A DNA stretch of 64,000 bases from Felis catus (GCF_018350175.1 NC_058382.1:51710001-51774000), one strand, 5' to 3'. Positions 11,951 through 24,935 are shown, numbered from the stretch's first letter. The notes: generated from the sequence alone by a model not told the origin. Made by a program: numbers and translations.

Positions 11951-12466
11951 CTACACAAACCAGCAACAAAATACACCAGTCAGAAAGACCAGAACATTCA
12001 AAGTCATGAATTCGGGGCACCAAATGTGGTTACAAATCCAAATACTTGCATATTGTCAGGTAATGTCTCTCAAAGGGGGTTCCTCTGGTCCACAGCATCA
12101 GCATCGTGGTTGCTTGGGAGTTGGATACTAAGTTTCAGGCCCCACCCCAGACTTACGGAGTCACCCTTTAGGGGTGGGCCTAGCAATCTGTGTTGTAACA
12201 CGGTGAATCTGTTGTCACTAGATTTTGGGGACCTTTAAGGCAATTGAAGACATAAGGGTTTTTAACCCTTTTTGAAAAACTTTATAAGGCAATTGAAGAC
12301 ACAAGGGTTTGATAACATAAGGATCAGGCTAAGAGAGTTCTAACTTAATGACAACGACCTGTTTACCAAACCTGTCTTACTGGAGTATTATCAAGGATTG
12401 CAACATTTAACTGTTGCAGTTTTGAAAGAATCTTTTACCATAATTTCTACTTAATTTCCAAAGTGA

Positions 12467-13051
<585 letters not shown>

Positions 13052-13078
13052 TAGCAAGTAGTTTGAAATATTTTTAGG

Positions 13079-13205
13079 TCAGGGTTTCTTAACCTTAGCT
13101 GTATTGGTTGGCATCTGGGCTGGATAATTCTTTGTTGTAGGAGCTCTTCTGTGCACTGCGAGATGTTTAGCATCATCCCTGGGTTTTACCCACTAGGTGC
13201 CAGTA

Positions 13206-13253
<48 letters not shown>

Positions 13254-13320
13254 TTGTGACAACCACAGGTGTCTCCAGACGTCCCTGCCCTGGCAGGGTT
13301 GGGGGCCACAACTGCCACTG
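13079..13320. mobile_element. MER20 hAT fossil containing a (CA)n microsatellite (~13215-13251)
   Basis: gggctggataattctttgttg...gatgtttagcatcatccctgg...tgtgacaaccacaggtgtctccagac. Confidence 0.8.
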
Positions 13321-13639
13321 CCACTAGAAAATTCTCGAACACAGAAATGAACAGCCAGGGCCCTGAAGCTGGCTGCCCGCCTTTAAACGCAGGCTCTCTC
13401 CTGGCCAGCTGTGTGTCTTTGGTCTAGTTACTTACCCTCTCTGTGCTACAGTCTCTTTACTTGCAAAATGAGGACAAACCACTAGTACTTGCTTTGTGGG
13501 GCTACCCACGAAGGATTTCCCAGGGAAACAAACACAGAGCACCTAAACCCACCTCTTGCTTGGCAAGGACTCGGTAAGTTTCAGCCGCCACCATTGTTAC
13601 TGTTAGCCCACTCGGCCTGGGCTTTAAAGATAAACTGTT

Positions 13640-13860
13640 GGGGCGCCTGGGTGGCTCAGTCGGTTGAGCGTCCGACTTCGGCTCAGGTCACGATCTCAAC
13701 GGCTCGTGGGTTCGAGCCCCGCGTCAGGCTCTGGGCTGATGGCTCAGAGCCTGGAGCCTGCTTCCGATTCTGTGTCTCCCTCTCTCTCTGCCCCTCCTCC
13801 ATTCATGCTCTGTCTCTCTCTGTCTCAAAAATAAATAAACATTAAAAAAAATTTTTTTTT
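13640..13860 (+). mobile_element. Young CAN-SINE with 14-bp TSD AAAGATAAACTGTT
   Basis: TSD at 13626-13639 and 13861-13874; CpGs retained. Confidence 0.95.
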
Positions 13861-13963
13861 AAAGATAAACTGTTGTACTTTAAAGAGCTGTTGGGCTGAG
13901 AATGGAGTTTCCATGGGTACACCCCCTGGATACAGTCATTCTCCTTTGCTGTTGGGGTACTTC

Positions 13964-14186
13964 TTTTTTTTTTTTTTAACGTTTATTTATTATTGAGAGA
14001 CAGAGAGCATGAGCATGGATGGGGGGGCGGTGCGGGCAGAGAGAGGAGGAGACACAGAATCCAAAACAGGCTCCAGGCTCTGAGCTATCAGCACAGAGCC
14101 CAATGCGGGGCTCGAACCCACAAACCGTGAGATCATGACCTGAGCTGGAGTCGGATGCCTAACCGACTGAGCCACCCAGGCGCCCC
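13964..14186 (-). mobile_element. CAN-SINE
   Basis: Full element flanked by ttggggtacttct. Confidence 0.92.
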
Positions 14187-14377
14187 TCTATTGGGGTACT
14201 TCTGAGGTAAAATTGGGGAAGCAATAACTTCAAAGTTATCCAAGTACAAAAATGAAAATGGGCCGTAATAGCCATGGCTTTCTAAGCAGGACAATGAACA
14301 GTATCCCCTCAGGGGGACAAAGAAAGCTGAGGAATCAGCTGAAGTTTTGTGGGTTTGGGATTAGACTCGTATGGATT

Positions 14378-14516
14378 CTTCTTCTTCTTCTTTTTTTTTT
14401 TTTTTTTTTTAGTTTTATTTCTTTAAGTCATCTCTACACCCAATGTGGGGCTGGAACTCACGACCCCGAGATCAAGAGTCGTGGGCTCTTCCTGACTGAG
14501 GCAGCCAGGCGCCCCT
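14378..14516 (-). mobile_element. Short older CAN-SINE
   Basis: T-tail, ctctacacccaatgtgggg...gccaggcgcccc; flanks tagactcgt(a/g)tgg. Confidence 0.85.
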
Positions 14517-14842
14517 AGACTCGTGTGGGTTTTTCTGGATCTGGGTCAGGCAACGATCACATCAACACAGGAGGTAATGAAAATCCAGGTTCCAACAGGA
14601 GAAACCCAACTGGAATCCAGGGGACTGGGTCTGTTCTCATTTCTGCCAAAGAGCAAAGAAGCACTTCAATATATTTTTTGAACAAGGAGACAAACTAGTG
14701 TAGAAAATCGAGGCAAGACCGAAATGGATCTCCAAGTTCTGTATCACCCAGATAGCTTTGCCTGTTGATAATTACAGGAGAATCATCTTAGACCATAAAC
14801 TCTGGTGTGCAATGGTCACATTTCTTTAAAAAAGAATATTGA

Positions 14843-15065
14843 GGGGCACCTGGGTGGCTCAGTTGGTTGAGTCTCCAACTTAGGCTCAGGTCATGATCTC
14901 GCAGGTCATCGGTTCGAGCCCTGCGTGGGGCTCTGTGCCGGCAGCTCAGAGCCTGGAGCCTCCCTCAGATTCTGTGTCTCCCTCTCTCTCTGCCCCTCCC
15001 CCACTCACTCCCTCTCTCTTTCTCTCTCAAAATTAAATAAACATTAAAAAATTAAAAAAAATAAA
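14843..15065 (+). mobile_element. CAN-SINE
   Basis: ggggcacctgggtggctcag head, CT tract, A tail. Confidence 0.92.
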
Positions 15066-15571
15066 GAAAGTTTAAGTCTAATCAGATCCGACTATATCCT
15101 ATCTGCCTCTGGAGGGCAAGGAATTTCCCTCCCAGGCATTACTGGAGCTGCACCCCTCCCTGGAGTCATGCATGCAAAGGCTCATGGGTTTCCCACCAGT
15201 AAATGGGGAAGGGGTGCCTGCCTCAATCCCTCCTGCTTCCGAGTGGGCTCCCGTCCTAGCTCCGGAACCTACAGCAAAGTTCTTCATCTCTGTGAGCCTC
15301 AGTTTTCTATTCTCAAAATAGGACTGAAAACAGTGCGTAATGTTTGGAGGGTAAAGAAGCTCTCCCTCTCCCTCTTCTCTCCCCTGTTCTGTCCCCCTCT
15401 CTCCTTGCCTCCCTCTGCCCCCAGCTCTCAGGACTTGAAACAGACAAGAGGAAAGGCAACAACAAAACGTGGACTGAAGTTTTAGGAAATCAGCCTGCAA
15501 CCTCATTTGGCTTCTGAAGAGAATTCCACAAGGTTTTATTTAAGAAAAAATGTGCTGTTAAAAAGAAAGAT

Positions 15572-15795
15572 GGGGTGCCTGGGTGGCTCAGTCGGTTAAG
15601 CGTCCGACTTTGGCTCAGATCGTGATCTCGCTATTCATGGGTGTGAGTCCCACCTTGGGCTCTGTGCTGACAGCTCGGAGCCTGGAGCCTGTTTCAGATC
15701 CTGTGTCTCCCTCTCTCTCTGCCCCTCCCCGGCTCCCACTCTGTCTGTCTCTCTCCAGAATAAATAGACATTAAAGAATTAAAAAAAAAAAAAAA
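15572..15795 (+). mobile_element. CAN-SINE
   Basis: Full element flanked by aaaaagaaagat. Confidence 0.92.
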
Positions 15796-17119
15796 AGAAA
15801 GATGGAAACCTTGCGTACTTTGATAGGGGCCTTTTTGGTGCTGACAGTTTGTGAATAATCATTTTTGTGAATGTGTCTGTTCCTTGAAAGCAGTATAGCA
15901 TTTTCTTAGGAGTATTCAGAATAACCCATTACGTCAGGCCAGTATTTCTGTCAAAGCCGATGATTCCCTGTAAGTGCCTTCTGCCCGTATCGCTTTGATG
16001 CTGAATGAGCTAACAGAATGGGGGACTTCTTTCAGAGGTGATCTTATAGGACGTCTCTTTCTTGGGCGAATGGGTGGTCATCGTCAAGACGGTAGAAACA
16101 TATCCCTCAACCTTGTTTTCACCAACTCATAACCCTGATACGAAGATGTGTGCGATTTCTGTGTACTGTGGCAGTTCCTGCAGTGTTATTGATTTGTTAG
16201 CAGAGAAGAACTTTAAAATGTTTCCTTTTGCTTTTTAAAAAGCTTGCTCAAATAGGACTTTCAATTCTGGAATGCTGCAGAATTGATAATGGCATCTGGC
16301 TTGTTCTTACACAGGTATGTTGGCCCTGGTGCTAAAAATGCCAACAGGACCTTTTGATTTAGCTTCTAAACATCATGAACTGACCTTGCAAGTTGATGTC
16401 AACAAATATTTCACATGGGCCAGGCCCTGTGCCATGACGTTCAGCCGCTAGCTCCTGTGACTGGCCCTGTGACCTTGGGAGGTACCTGACCCTGGGAGGT
16501 CTGTGGAGGACGTTCCCTCCCCCCACCCCCATGGTGCCCTGTTGAGAAGAGGCCCACCCGGGACTCTAGCTGACCCTGAGGCCTCCTCGACCGTTGAGTA
16601 GAGAGAGGATGGTGGGCACTGGGCGGGAGTGAGTGTCCACGAAGTTGAGGTCACATTTGCTGAGGAGTTTGGTCCTGCACGAGGGGATGTGCTTCCCCAC
16701 CTCTGGCCAAGATAGGAGAGAACCCATAACAAGACGGAGACAAGAGAAAGGGAGGATGCTACAAACGGAGCCACAGTTCTGGTCAGGAAGGCATGGGATC
16801 AAGGACGGAGGTGAAAGGGGCAGTGCAGGGAGAAGGGACTCTTGTCCCTTCACGTGCATGTGCAGAGGGACACAGAGGCACCCCCACTTGTCACCGCTAA
16901 TGGCTCAGGTGGCCACAGTTCCTGTGTTTTAGTAAGCCCTTAATTAATGCTGGTATGCTGGTTAAGAGCCGGGATGGAGAAGTAAACACTCCACTGCGTA
17001 CCTTGCGTGACCCTGGTCGTGTTATTTAACCTCTTTGAGCTTAATTCCCTTGCCAAAAAGTGGAAGTGATAATAGAATAGTAGCTTATACATCCACAAAT
17101 GGATGGAGAGATAACTTGT

Positions 17120-17249
17120 GGGAGCACCTGGGTGGCCTGGTTAGTTGAGCATCCGACTCTCAGTTTTGGCTCAGGTCATGATCCCAGGGTCATGGGATCA
17201 AGCCCCACGTCAGGCTCCATGTTGAGTGTGGACCCTGCTTAAGAGTCAG

Positions 17250-17305
<56 letters not shown>

Positions 17306-17478
17306 CCCCCTCCCTCCCCCTCACCCCCTCCCTCCCTCTCTCCCTCTCCCTCCCTCTCTCCCTCTCCCTCCCTCTCTCCCTCTCCCTCCCTCTCTCCCTC
17401 TCCCTCCCTCTCCCTCTCCCCCTCTCCCTCTGCCCCTGTCTCCCACTTGTGCTCTCTCTCTAAAATAAAAAAAAAAAA
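17120..17478 (+). mobile_element. CAN-SINE with greatly expanded pyrimidine tract (~17249-17430)
   Basis: tRNA head, (CT)n, then ~18-bp ccctctctcccctctccct units, then A tail. Confidence 0.9.
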
Positions 17479-17479
17479 C

Positions 17480-18000
17480 ATTTTGGAAAAGATAACAAAT
17501 TGTGATATATACATACAGTGGAATACCGTTCTGTCATGAAAAGGAAAAAGTGCTGATATGCCGTGGTACAACACAGAAGAGCGTGAAAACCTCACTCCGG
17601 TGTAATGTATATATAATTGTTGAATCACGATATTGTACACCTGCCACTAATTTAATATTATATGTCAACTATACTTCAGTTGAAAACTTAAAGATTAAAA
17701 AAATTTTAAAACATTATGCTAAGTCAAAGAAACCAGACACGAAAGGTCACATGTCATATGATTGCATGTATATGAAATAACCTGGGGTAGGTAAATCCCT
17801 AGAGACTGAAAGGAGGGGCGGGGTAGGGAGGGGTGGGGAGCAGCTGCTTAGTGAGTACAGGGTCTCCCTCTGGGATGAAAATATTCCGGAACCAGATAGT
17901 GGCAGTGCTCACACCCCACTGGGAATGTATTAGATGCCACTGAATGGTTCGCTTTAAAATGGTTCATTTCATGTTATGTGAATTTCATCTCAATTAAAAA
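17480..18000 (+). mobile_element. Old L1 (L1MB-like) 3' end with a short carnivore L1 3' terminus nested at ~17591-17707
   Basis: tgtgatatatacatacagtggaata...aaaacattatgctaagt...tatgtgaatttcatctcaattaaaa; the nested piece is bounded by AAAAC on both sides. Confidence 0.75.
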
Positions 18001-18009
18001 AAAAATGCT

Positions 18010-18215
18010 GGGGCGCCTGGGTGGCGCAGTCGGTTAAGCGTCCGACTTCAGCCAGGTCACGATCTCACGGTCCAGGAGTTCGAGCCCCGCGTCAGGCTCT
18101 GGGCTGATGGCTCAGAGCCTGGAGCCTGTTTCCCATTCTGTGTCTCCCTCTCTCTCTGCCCCTCCCCCATTCATGCTCTGTCTCTCTCTGTCCCAAAAAT
18201 AAATAAACGTTGAAA
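18010..18215 (+). mobile_element. Young CAN-SINE (GGCGCAG / TCAGCCAGG variant)
   Basis: Near-intact CpGs; flanked by A-run + atgct. Confidence 0.95.
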
Positions 18216-18473
18216 AAAAAAAATGCTTAAAAAAAACCCAACAGCATGTGGAGCCGATCTGAGGGCTCCTGTGAAGCAACATGCCCAGAACATGGTGGGA
18301 CTCAGTAAAGCTTATCTGCTGATCACAGTGCCCTTTTTATCTAAACCCCTCCCACTTTTCTTCCCCCGTCCATGTAAACCTGTATCTTCTGGGCAGATAC
18401 AGATTTTTCTGAGAACGGTGACAAGTAAAGGGAGTTCGCAGAGTTCGTGTTTTAAAAGGATTCAAGTAAAAAC

Positions 18474-18474
<1 letters not shown>

Positions 18475-18516
<42 letters not shown>
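18475..18516 (+). repeat. (TG)21 microsatellite
   Basis: Perfect dinucleotide run 140 nt upstream of exon 3. Confidence 0.97.
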
Positions 18517-18517
<1 letters not shown>

Positions 18518-18596
18518 TGGGGCAGTCTTCTTTCTGCTTACTCCCACCAGGGTGGTGGGACTGGCCTGTGACACAAGTTCAGCAAATCCTTGCTGA

Positions 18597-18899
<303 letters not shown>

Positions 18900-19047
18900 T
18901 GACCCTCGACAGCGCCTGACACAGAGTCAAGAGCCTGGTTCTCATGCGGACTTTGCCCCTCGTGAACTCAGTGGCCTTGGGCAAAGCTCCGTTGCCCATC
19001 TGGGCCCGCCTCTTTGACCATCCAGAAATGAACGGGTCGAACTGCAT

Positions 19048-19342
19048 CAGTGGGTCTCAAAATGGTTTCTGTGGAACCCTGTTCACAGAACAGAGTTCTT
19101 TTCTTAGCATTCGGTTTCCATTTACTTTGCACCGGTCAGCATTTCTTTTGAGAATTCTGTTGAAAAACCACCACACACGTGAGTATGCTCACACGTGAGC
19201 ATTTTCACCCCTTGGAGGCCACCAGTGCATCACCTTTGTTCTAAATATGCTCAGTTTTATTATATATTTACTTTTTTTTTTTAATTATTAAGTTTATTTA
19301 TTTTGAGACAGAGTGCAAATGGGGTGGGGCGGGGGGGGGGGG

Positions 19343-19373
<31 letters not shown>

Positions 19374-19710
19374 CCAGACTCTGAAGCAGGCTCCAGGCCC
19401 CAGGCTGTCAGCGCAGAGCCCGACGTGGGGCTCGAACCCACAAGCTGTGAGATCATGATCTGAGCCGAAGTCAGATGCTCAACCAATTGAGCGACCCAGG
19501 CACCCCTAAATATACTCATTTTGATATATACCATGGAATCAGGCTTCTTTTCCATATATTCATTGAGTAGTACCCTGAGATCTCCAGGCAAGCTGTTCAA
19601 AAACTATTACTATTTGTGACTACATTTCTGTACGAGTCAGGATTTCTTCAATAGTATATATACACCAAAAACCCATAAATGCGGCAAAATGAATTCTGGA
19701 GCTGATCTAG
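19048..19710 (+). mobile_element. Charlie-type hAT transposon remnant with a transposase dimerisation-domain fossil, split by a minus CAN-SINE (~19272-19506)
   Basis: TIR-like cagtgggtctcaaa at 19048. From 19571 it translates as YPEISRQAVQKLLLFVTTFLYESGF, matching the hAT C-terminal YPxlxxxAxxxLxxFxsTylcEsgFS pattern. Confidence 0.75.
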
Positions 19711-19803
19711 CCTGATCTTATTTCATATGAACTTACGACTATTTACTAATTGACTTTAGAAGGAGTAAACGTAAATTTATATTTGGATACCAGCATTATT
19801 TTA

Positions 19804-20004
19804 AAGTTTTTTATTTTTGAGACAGAGCGAGACAGAGCATGAACAGGGGAGGGGCAGAGAGAGAGGGAGACACAGAATCTGAAACAGGCTGCAGGCTCTG
19901 AGCGGTCAGCACAGAGCCCGACGCGGGGCTCGAACTCACGGGCCGTGAGATCATGACCTGAGCCGAAGTCGGACGCTTAACCGACCAAGCCACCCAGGCG
20001 CCCC
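19804..20004 (-). mobile_element. Young CAN-SINE with 18-bp TSD GATACCAGCATTATTTTA
   Basis: TSD at 19786-19803 and 20005-20022. Confidence 0.95.
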
Positions 20005-20029
20005 GATACCAGCATTATTTTATCGCTTT

Positions 20030-20725
20030 AAAATTTTTAACGTAAACTTGCAATGTCTGAATAGTTGCAGATTTACAGAAAAGTTGCAAAGATACTATGA
20101 AGAGTCCTCATAATCCCGCCCGCACTTCATCTCATTGTTAACATCTTGCATCCCTGATGTCTATTTGTCACAACTAAGAAAGCAACGTTATTACATTGCT
20201 GTTACCTAAATTCCACATTTTATTTGCCTTTTACCAATTTCTCTACTAATGTCCTCCTTTTCTGCCCTGGATCTCATCTGGGACATCATATTGTATTTGC
20301 TTGTCATGTCTCCTTAGTCTCTGCTCTGTGACAAGTTCTCAGACTTTCCTTATTCTCATGACCTTGACAGTTTTTTTTTAATATTTACTTTTGAGAGAGA
20401 GAAAGACAGAGTGTGAGTGAGGGAGGGGCAGAGAGAGAGGGAGACAGGATTCCAAGCAGGCTCCAGGCTCAGAGTCATCAGCCCAGAGCCCGACGTGGGG
20501 CTCGAACTCACGGACCGTGAGATCGTGACCTGAGCTGAAGTCCGACGCTTAACCAACTGAGCCACCCAGGTGCCCCGATCTTGACACTTTCGAGGTGCAC
20601 TGGTCAAGTATGTTGTAGAATGCCTCTCCGTTTGGATTTATCTGATATTTTCCTCGTGGGTAGGCTGGGGTTATGGGCTCGGGGGAAGAATACCACAAAG
20701 GTAGTGTGCTCCAACCAGGTATCGG
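20030..20725 (-). mobile_element. Old L1 (L1MC/ME-like) 3' region, antisense, split by a minus CAN-SINE (~20371-20576)
   Basis: gatttacagaaaagttgcaaaga...ttgtcatgtctccttagtct...tgtagaatgcctctc...ggggaagaataccaca. Confidence 0.7.
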
Positions 20726-21881
20726 AGGTAGGTGTGAGCTATATGTTTTATACATTGGGCATTCAGGTAAATTTTTATTTCGGGAGGAGAGTCCCACTGA
20801 TGCATACAAATCAGAACACCCGTGGGTTAGACCATTCTTTATGTTCCATTTGGCCTTATGTCTTAATGGTACAGCGTTGTCACAATTAATGACGCTGAGA
20901 CATCTATCTTAATCTGGCCCATTTGAAAAACAGAAAGGTCACCACTCGGGGGAGATTGAGTTGAGAAGAAGCTAATGGCCTCTCAAATAAATGCTTCCTA
21001 ACTAAGAGGGGAAAATGTGGGATTAGGACAAGAAATGTGTCAGTTACTTAATTACTTTCTAGGCAGCTCTGTTCTCCCTACGGGGAACCCTTTCCACTTG
21101 GCATCTGCAAAATCCTCCAGCGTGTTTTGGGGATTTATATTAAAACTCTATTGCCAGATCGAACCGTAATGGTTAAAAGTTGCCCCAGTGAGAGGAACTC
21201 CATTTCCAAGGTGCCCGGGAACTACTGAGTTCTGCCCGGAGCGGTGGAATACAACAGTGTTCACAGGAGTGTGTTGGGTCTCAGGAGATTTCTGTGGGCC
21301 AGACGCTCCTGGGGCCGGATGTTTCTACAATGACCAGCTCTTGATATAATAATGCCAGTCACATGATCAAGAAATGAGGAGGAACACAGGGCTTTCTGGA
21401 AGGGTGTACTGTCTTTGGAAGTGCTGGCGAGGATTGCTTTGTTCTTTGAGCCTTGCAGTTCTTTTAAATGTAGCACAAAAATGCCATGTGTTAAACACTT
21501 AGAAGCATAATCTAATTCAGTGCCTCCTACCTAGGGGCGATCTCCTCCCCCAGGGAATGTGGCAATGTCTGGAGATGTTTCTGGGTGTCAGAGCTAGAGC
21601 GGGTGCTGTTGGCTTTTTCCCACCCCTGCACTACACCCCCCTCCCCCACCAAGGCAGGCTGTGGCCCTCTGAGCCCACCCCAGTGGTCTTTTCGTCAAAC
21701 GTGTGTGTACTTCTCTTTGCAAACGTCTCAGGAGACATTTCTTCTTTTTCTCTGTCTGTGGCCCTTACGTTTCCGTTCACTCCTTCACTTTGCCATCTCT
21801 GCAGCTTCAACTCCTGTAAACGTTTCGGTGCATTCCAGTGGCATGTCCCTTCCTGGGCATGTTTCTAAGAGCATGTGGCTT

Positions 21882-22322
21882 GGGATGACTGGGTGGCTCA
21901 GTCAGATGTCTGATTTCAGCTCAGGTCACCATCTTGCAGTCTGTGAGTTTGAGCCCTGCATCGGGCTCTGTGCTGACAGCTCAGAGCTTGGAGCCTGCTT
22001 CGGGTTCTGTGTCTCCCTCTCTTTGCCCCTCTCCCACTCATGCTATGTCTCTCTCTTTCTCTCTCAAAAATAAATAAACATTGGGGCGCCTGGGTGGCTC
22101 AGTCGGTTAAGCGTCCGACTTCGGCTCAGGTCACGATCTCACAGCCCGTGAGTTCGAGCCCCGCATCGGGCTCTGTGCTGACAGCTCAGAGCCTGGAGCC
22201 TGCTTCAGATTCTGTGTCTCCCTCTCTCTCTGCCCCTCCCCTGCTCATGCTCTGTCTCTCTCTGTCTCAAAAATAAATAAAAACATTAAAAAAAATTTTT
22301 TTAAATAAACATTAAAAAAAAA
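21882..22322 (+). mobile_element. Two nested CAN-SINEs; the younger (22083-22301) is inserted in the tail of the older
   Basis: Inner TSD TAAATAAACATT at 22071-22082 and 22302-22313; outer TSD AGCATGTGG at 21870-21878 and 22324-22332. Confidence 0.93.
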
Positions 22323-24539
22323 CAGCATGTGGTTTCCTCCAGAGACCCAGAAGCATGCCTTTCCCCTTTTCCACAGCCTAAGCCAGTCTCCACGGGATTC
22401 CAGCCCAGCAGGTGGCCGAAATTCAGTCTTTTCTTGGTCCTGGAACGTCCGCCATGCACCCGCCATCTTTCTTCCTTCCAAGATGGACACCCGTGTCTAG
22501 GAGCTGGGTGTCCAAAGATGCTCGTTCATTTACTGATTTCCAAAGTCTCTCACTTTTCTCAACTTGAACCACATTGAACGTGCCTGACTTCCCTTCTGAA
22601 TCATTCAGTCTCAAACCGTTCTCTCCCTTCGTGGCTTTGATATTTTTCCCCACCAATTTCCTCACGCTTGGACACGCTGGTCCAGGGGCCAGCACTGGCC
22701 TCGCTAAGTTGCTCGTTCGCACCCGTGCCTGTAACGGTTTGGCCCTTAGAGTAAGGATGCATTTGTGTCCCTAGCTCAGCCCTCAGCAAGAGCTTAAGTC
22801 CGAGCTGCAGCTGAGAACTCTCCAGAGCGTGTGTAAGCCACGTGCAAGGCTGGTGTGCCACTCGGAGATAGGGTAACATTTGTGTCCTCACCGAACATAA
22901 GTGCTCTGCTCTACAGCGTGGGCAGCAGGCCAGGTGAATCCTGGTTCCTGCCAAGCATTAGCTGGCTTTGACCTTGAGCAGGTTTCCTCAGGTCTCTGAT
23001 TTCCATTGTTAAAGCTTCCTCAAGGTCAGGCTGTCGTGAAGAAGCAGGGAGAGGGTGCTGCAGACGAGACCAGGGCCCCTGAGTCTGCGGTCACGGCATG
23101 GTGACAGCAACCACAGATGCACCCTGGACGAACACTCCGGGTTCTTCCAGACCCTTTCTTATCCCTCTTACTGTATGTCTGAAAGCTCACACCCGCCGCT
23201 TGCCACCTTCCCCTGCTCACAGAGAGCCTGGAGGGCCCGAGAATTCATGCTGCCAGGCGCCCCTTCGCCGGCGACCGTGCTGAGGGTCGTCAGAGTCCAG
23301 CTGCGACGTGAACGGCCGCAGCCGCCCTTGCCCGGGTTCCTCCCTGCCTCACGCACCTCCTGGGAGCTCCTCCTTCAGAAATCACTTGTATCTGAACGTG
23401 TCATGTCTCAGAGCACTTCTGGGGGGCCCGTGGCCCGAGAGGCCGAGCATCCACTCGGGGCCAGGTGGTGGTTACTGCTTCGGCCCTGGGGCCACTTCTG
23501 ACCCCAGATTTTCCTCCCAAAGGACGGCGAAGGCCTGTGCTGCCACCTTCCCCTCCTGGTCCGCACAGTTGACTTTCACCATGAATTCCGTTAATGGTCT
23601 GAGTCATCACCGCTCTGAAACATGTTTCAGCTCTCGCTCCCCTGAGAAATTTTCCACAGGCCTGTGTATCCTGGTATCCTGGGTCGGTCTCCCAGTGTAC
23701 CCCTGGCTTCTCCCGGCCGCTTTCTCTCGGGACGCCCCCCAGGAGCTCTAGACTTCTCTCGCTTTCCATTTCAAGGGTACGCAGCTCTTCTCTTCTTATG
23801 CAGCTCCTACCTGAACCCGGGCCTCACCCTCCAGGTTCCCGGTGGGGCCTTTCACTTCACAATACTTTGCATTCCTTTGCAAGCAGTTGTGGTTATAAAT
23901 AGAAATCCCCCCCCCCCATATATAGACATCTATGTTACGTAAACTGGTTCATATGTAATAAGTATAATTCCCCATAATTGGGCCTATGCCACAGTTGATA
24001 TGTCACTGGACTTGTGTATTGATCAGATGGGCACGTCCTTGTGTGCACTGATGGGGACGGGTGGTGTCTATCACATTCATTTTAAGGGCTGAGAGTATCC
24101 CCTCACACAGATACCCTCCTAACTGACCTACGCTGCACGTCCGTCAGCGTCAGCGGGTGAGTGGAAACTTCAGAGCCTGGGGCTAGTGCAGATAATGCCT
24201 CGGTCTTGCATCTTGACTCACTGGTAGGACTTTATCATACAGGTACGTTTGCGCAAATGCGCTTGCGAGGTCAAAGGGACCACGTTTTTATAGTGTCGCC
24301 AGGCTGCCCTTGCCAAAGATGATGCCGGTATGTTCACAAAAGAACATTTTCAGAGTCGTTTCACAGATACTGCCCACGTATGTCCCCCCGTTTCACGGGG
24401 AGCATAAAGTTCATGTCTGGAGCAAACTCCCCCTCCGTCCCTACCCACCTTATGTGATTGGCCGCTCTGGACTGTTCTCTTATTTTCCTAGACGTGGCAG
24501 GATTTTAGTGTCTGAAACAATTCCCTCTTCACTTCTTAA

Positions 24540-24935
<396 letters not shown>

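Noticed and set aside
12236..12310. Repeat-spacer-repeat as a CRISPR-like array
   Set aside because: Only two copies, in a mammalian intron, with no cas genes; explained by local duplication.
22900..23850. CpG-enriched stretch with 120-150 aa ORFs in intron 3 as a nested gene or retrocopy
   Set aside because: No recognisable protein, poly-A or TSD; may be decayed ancient LINE sequence. I could not support a call.
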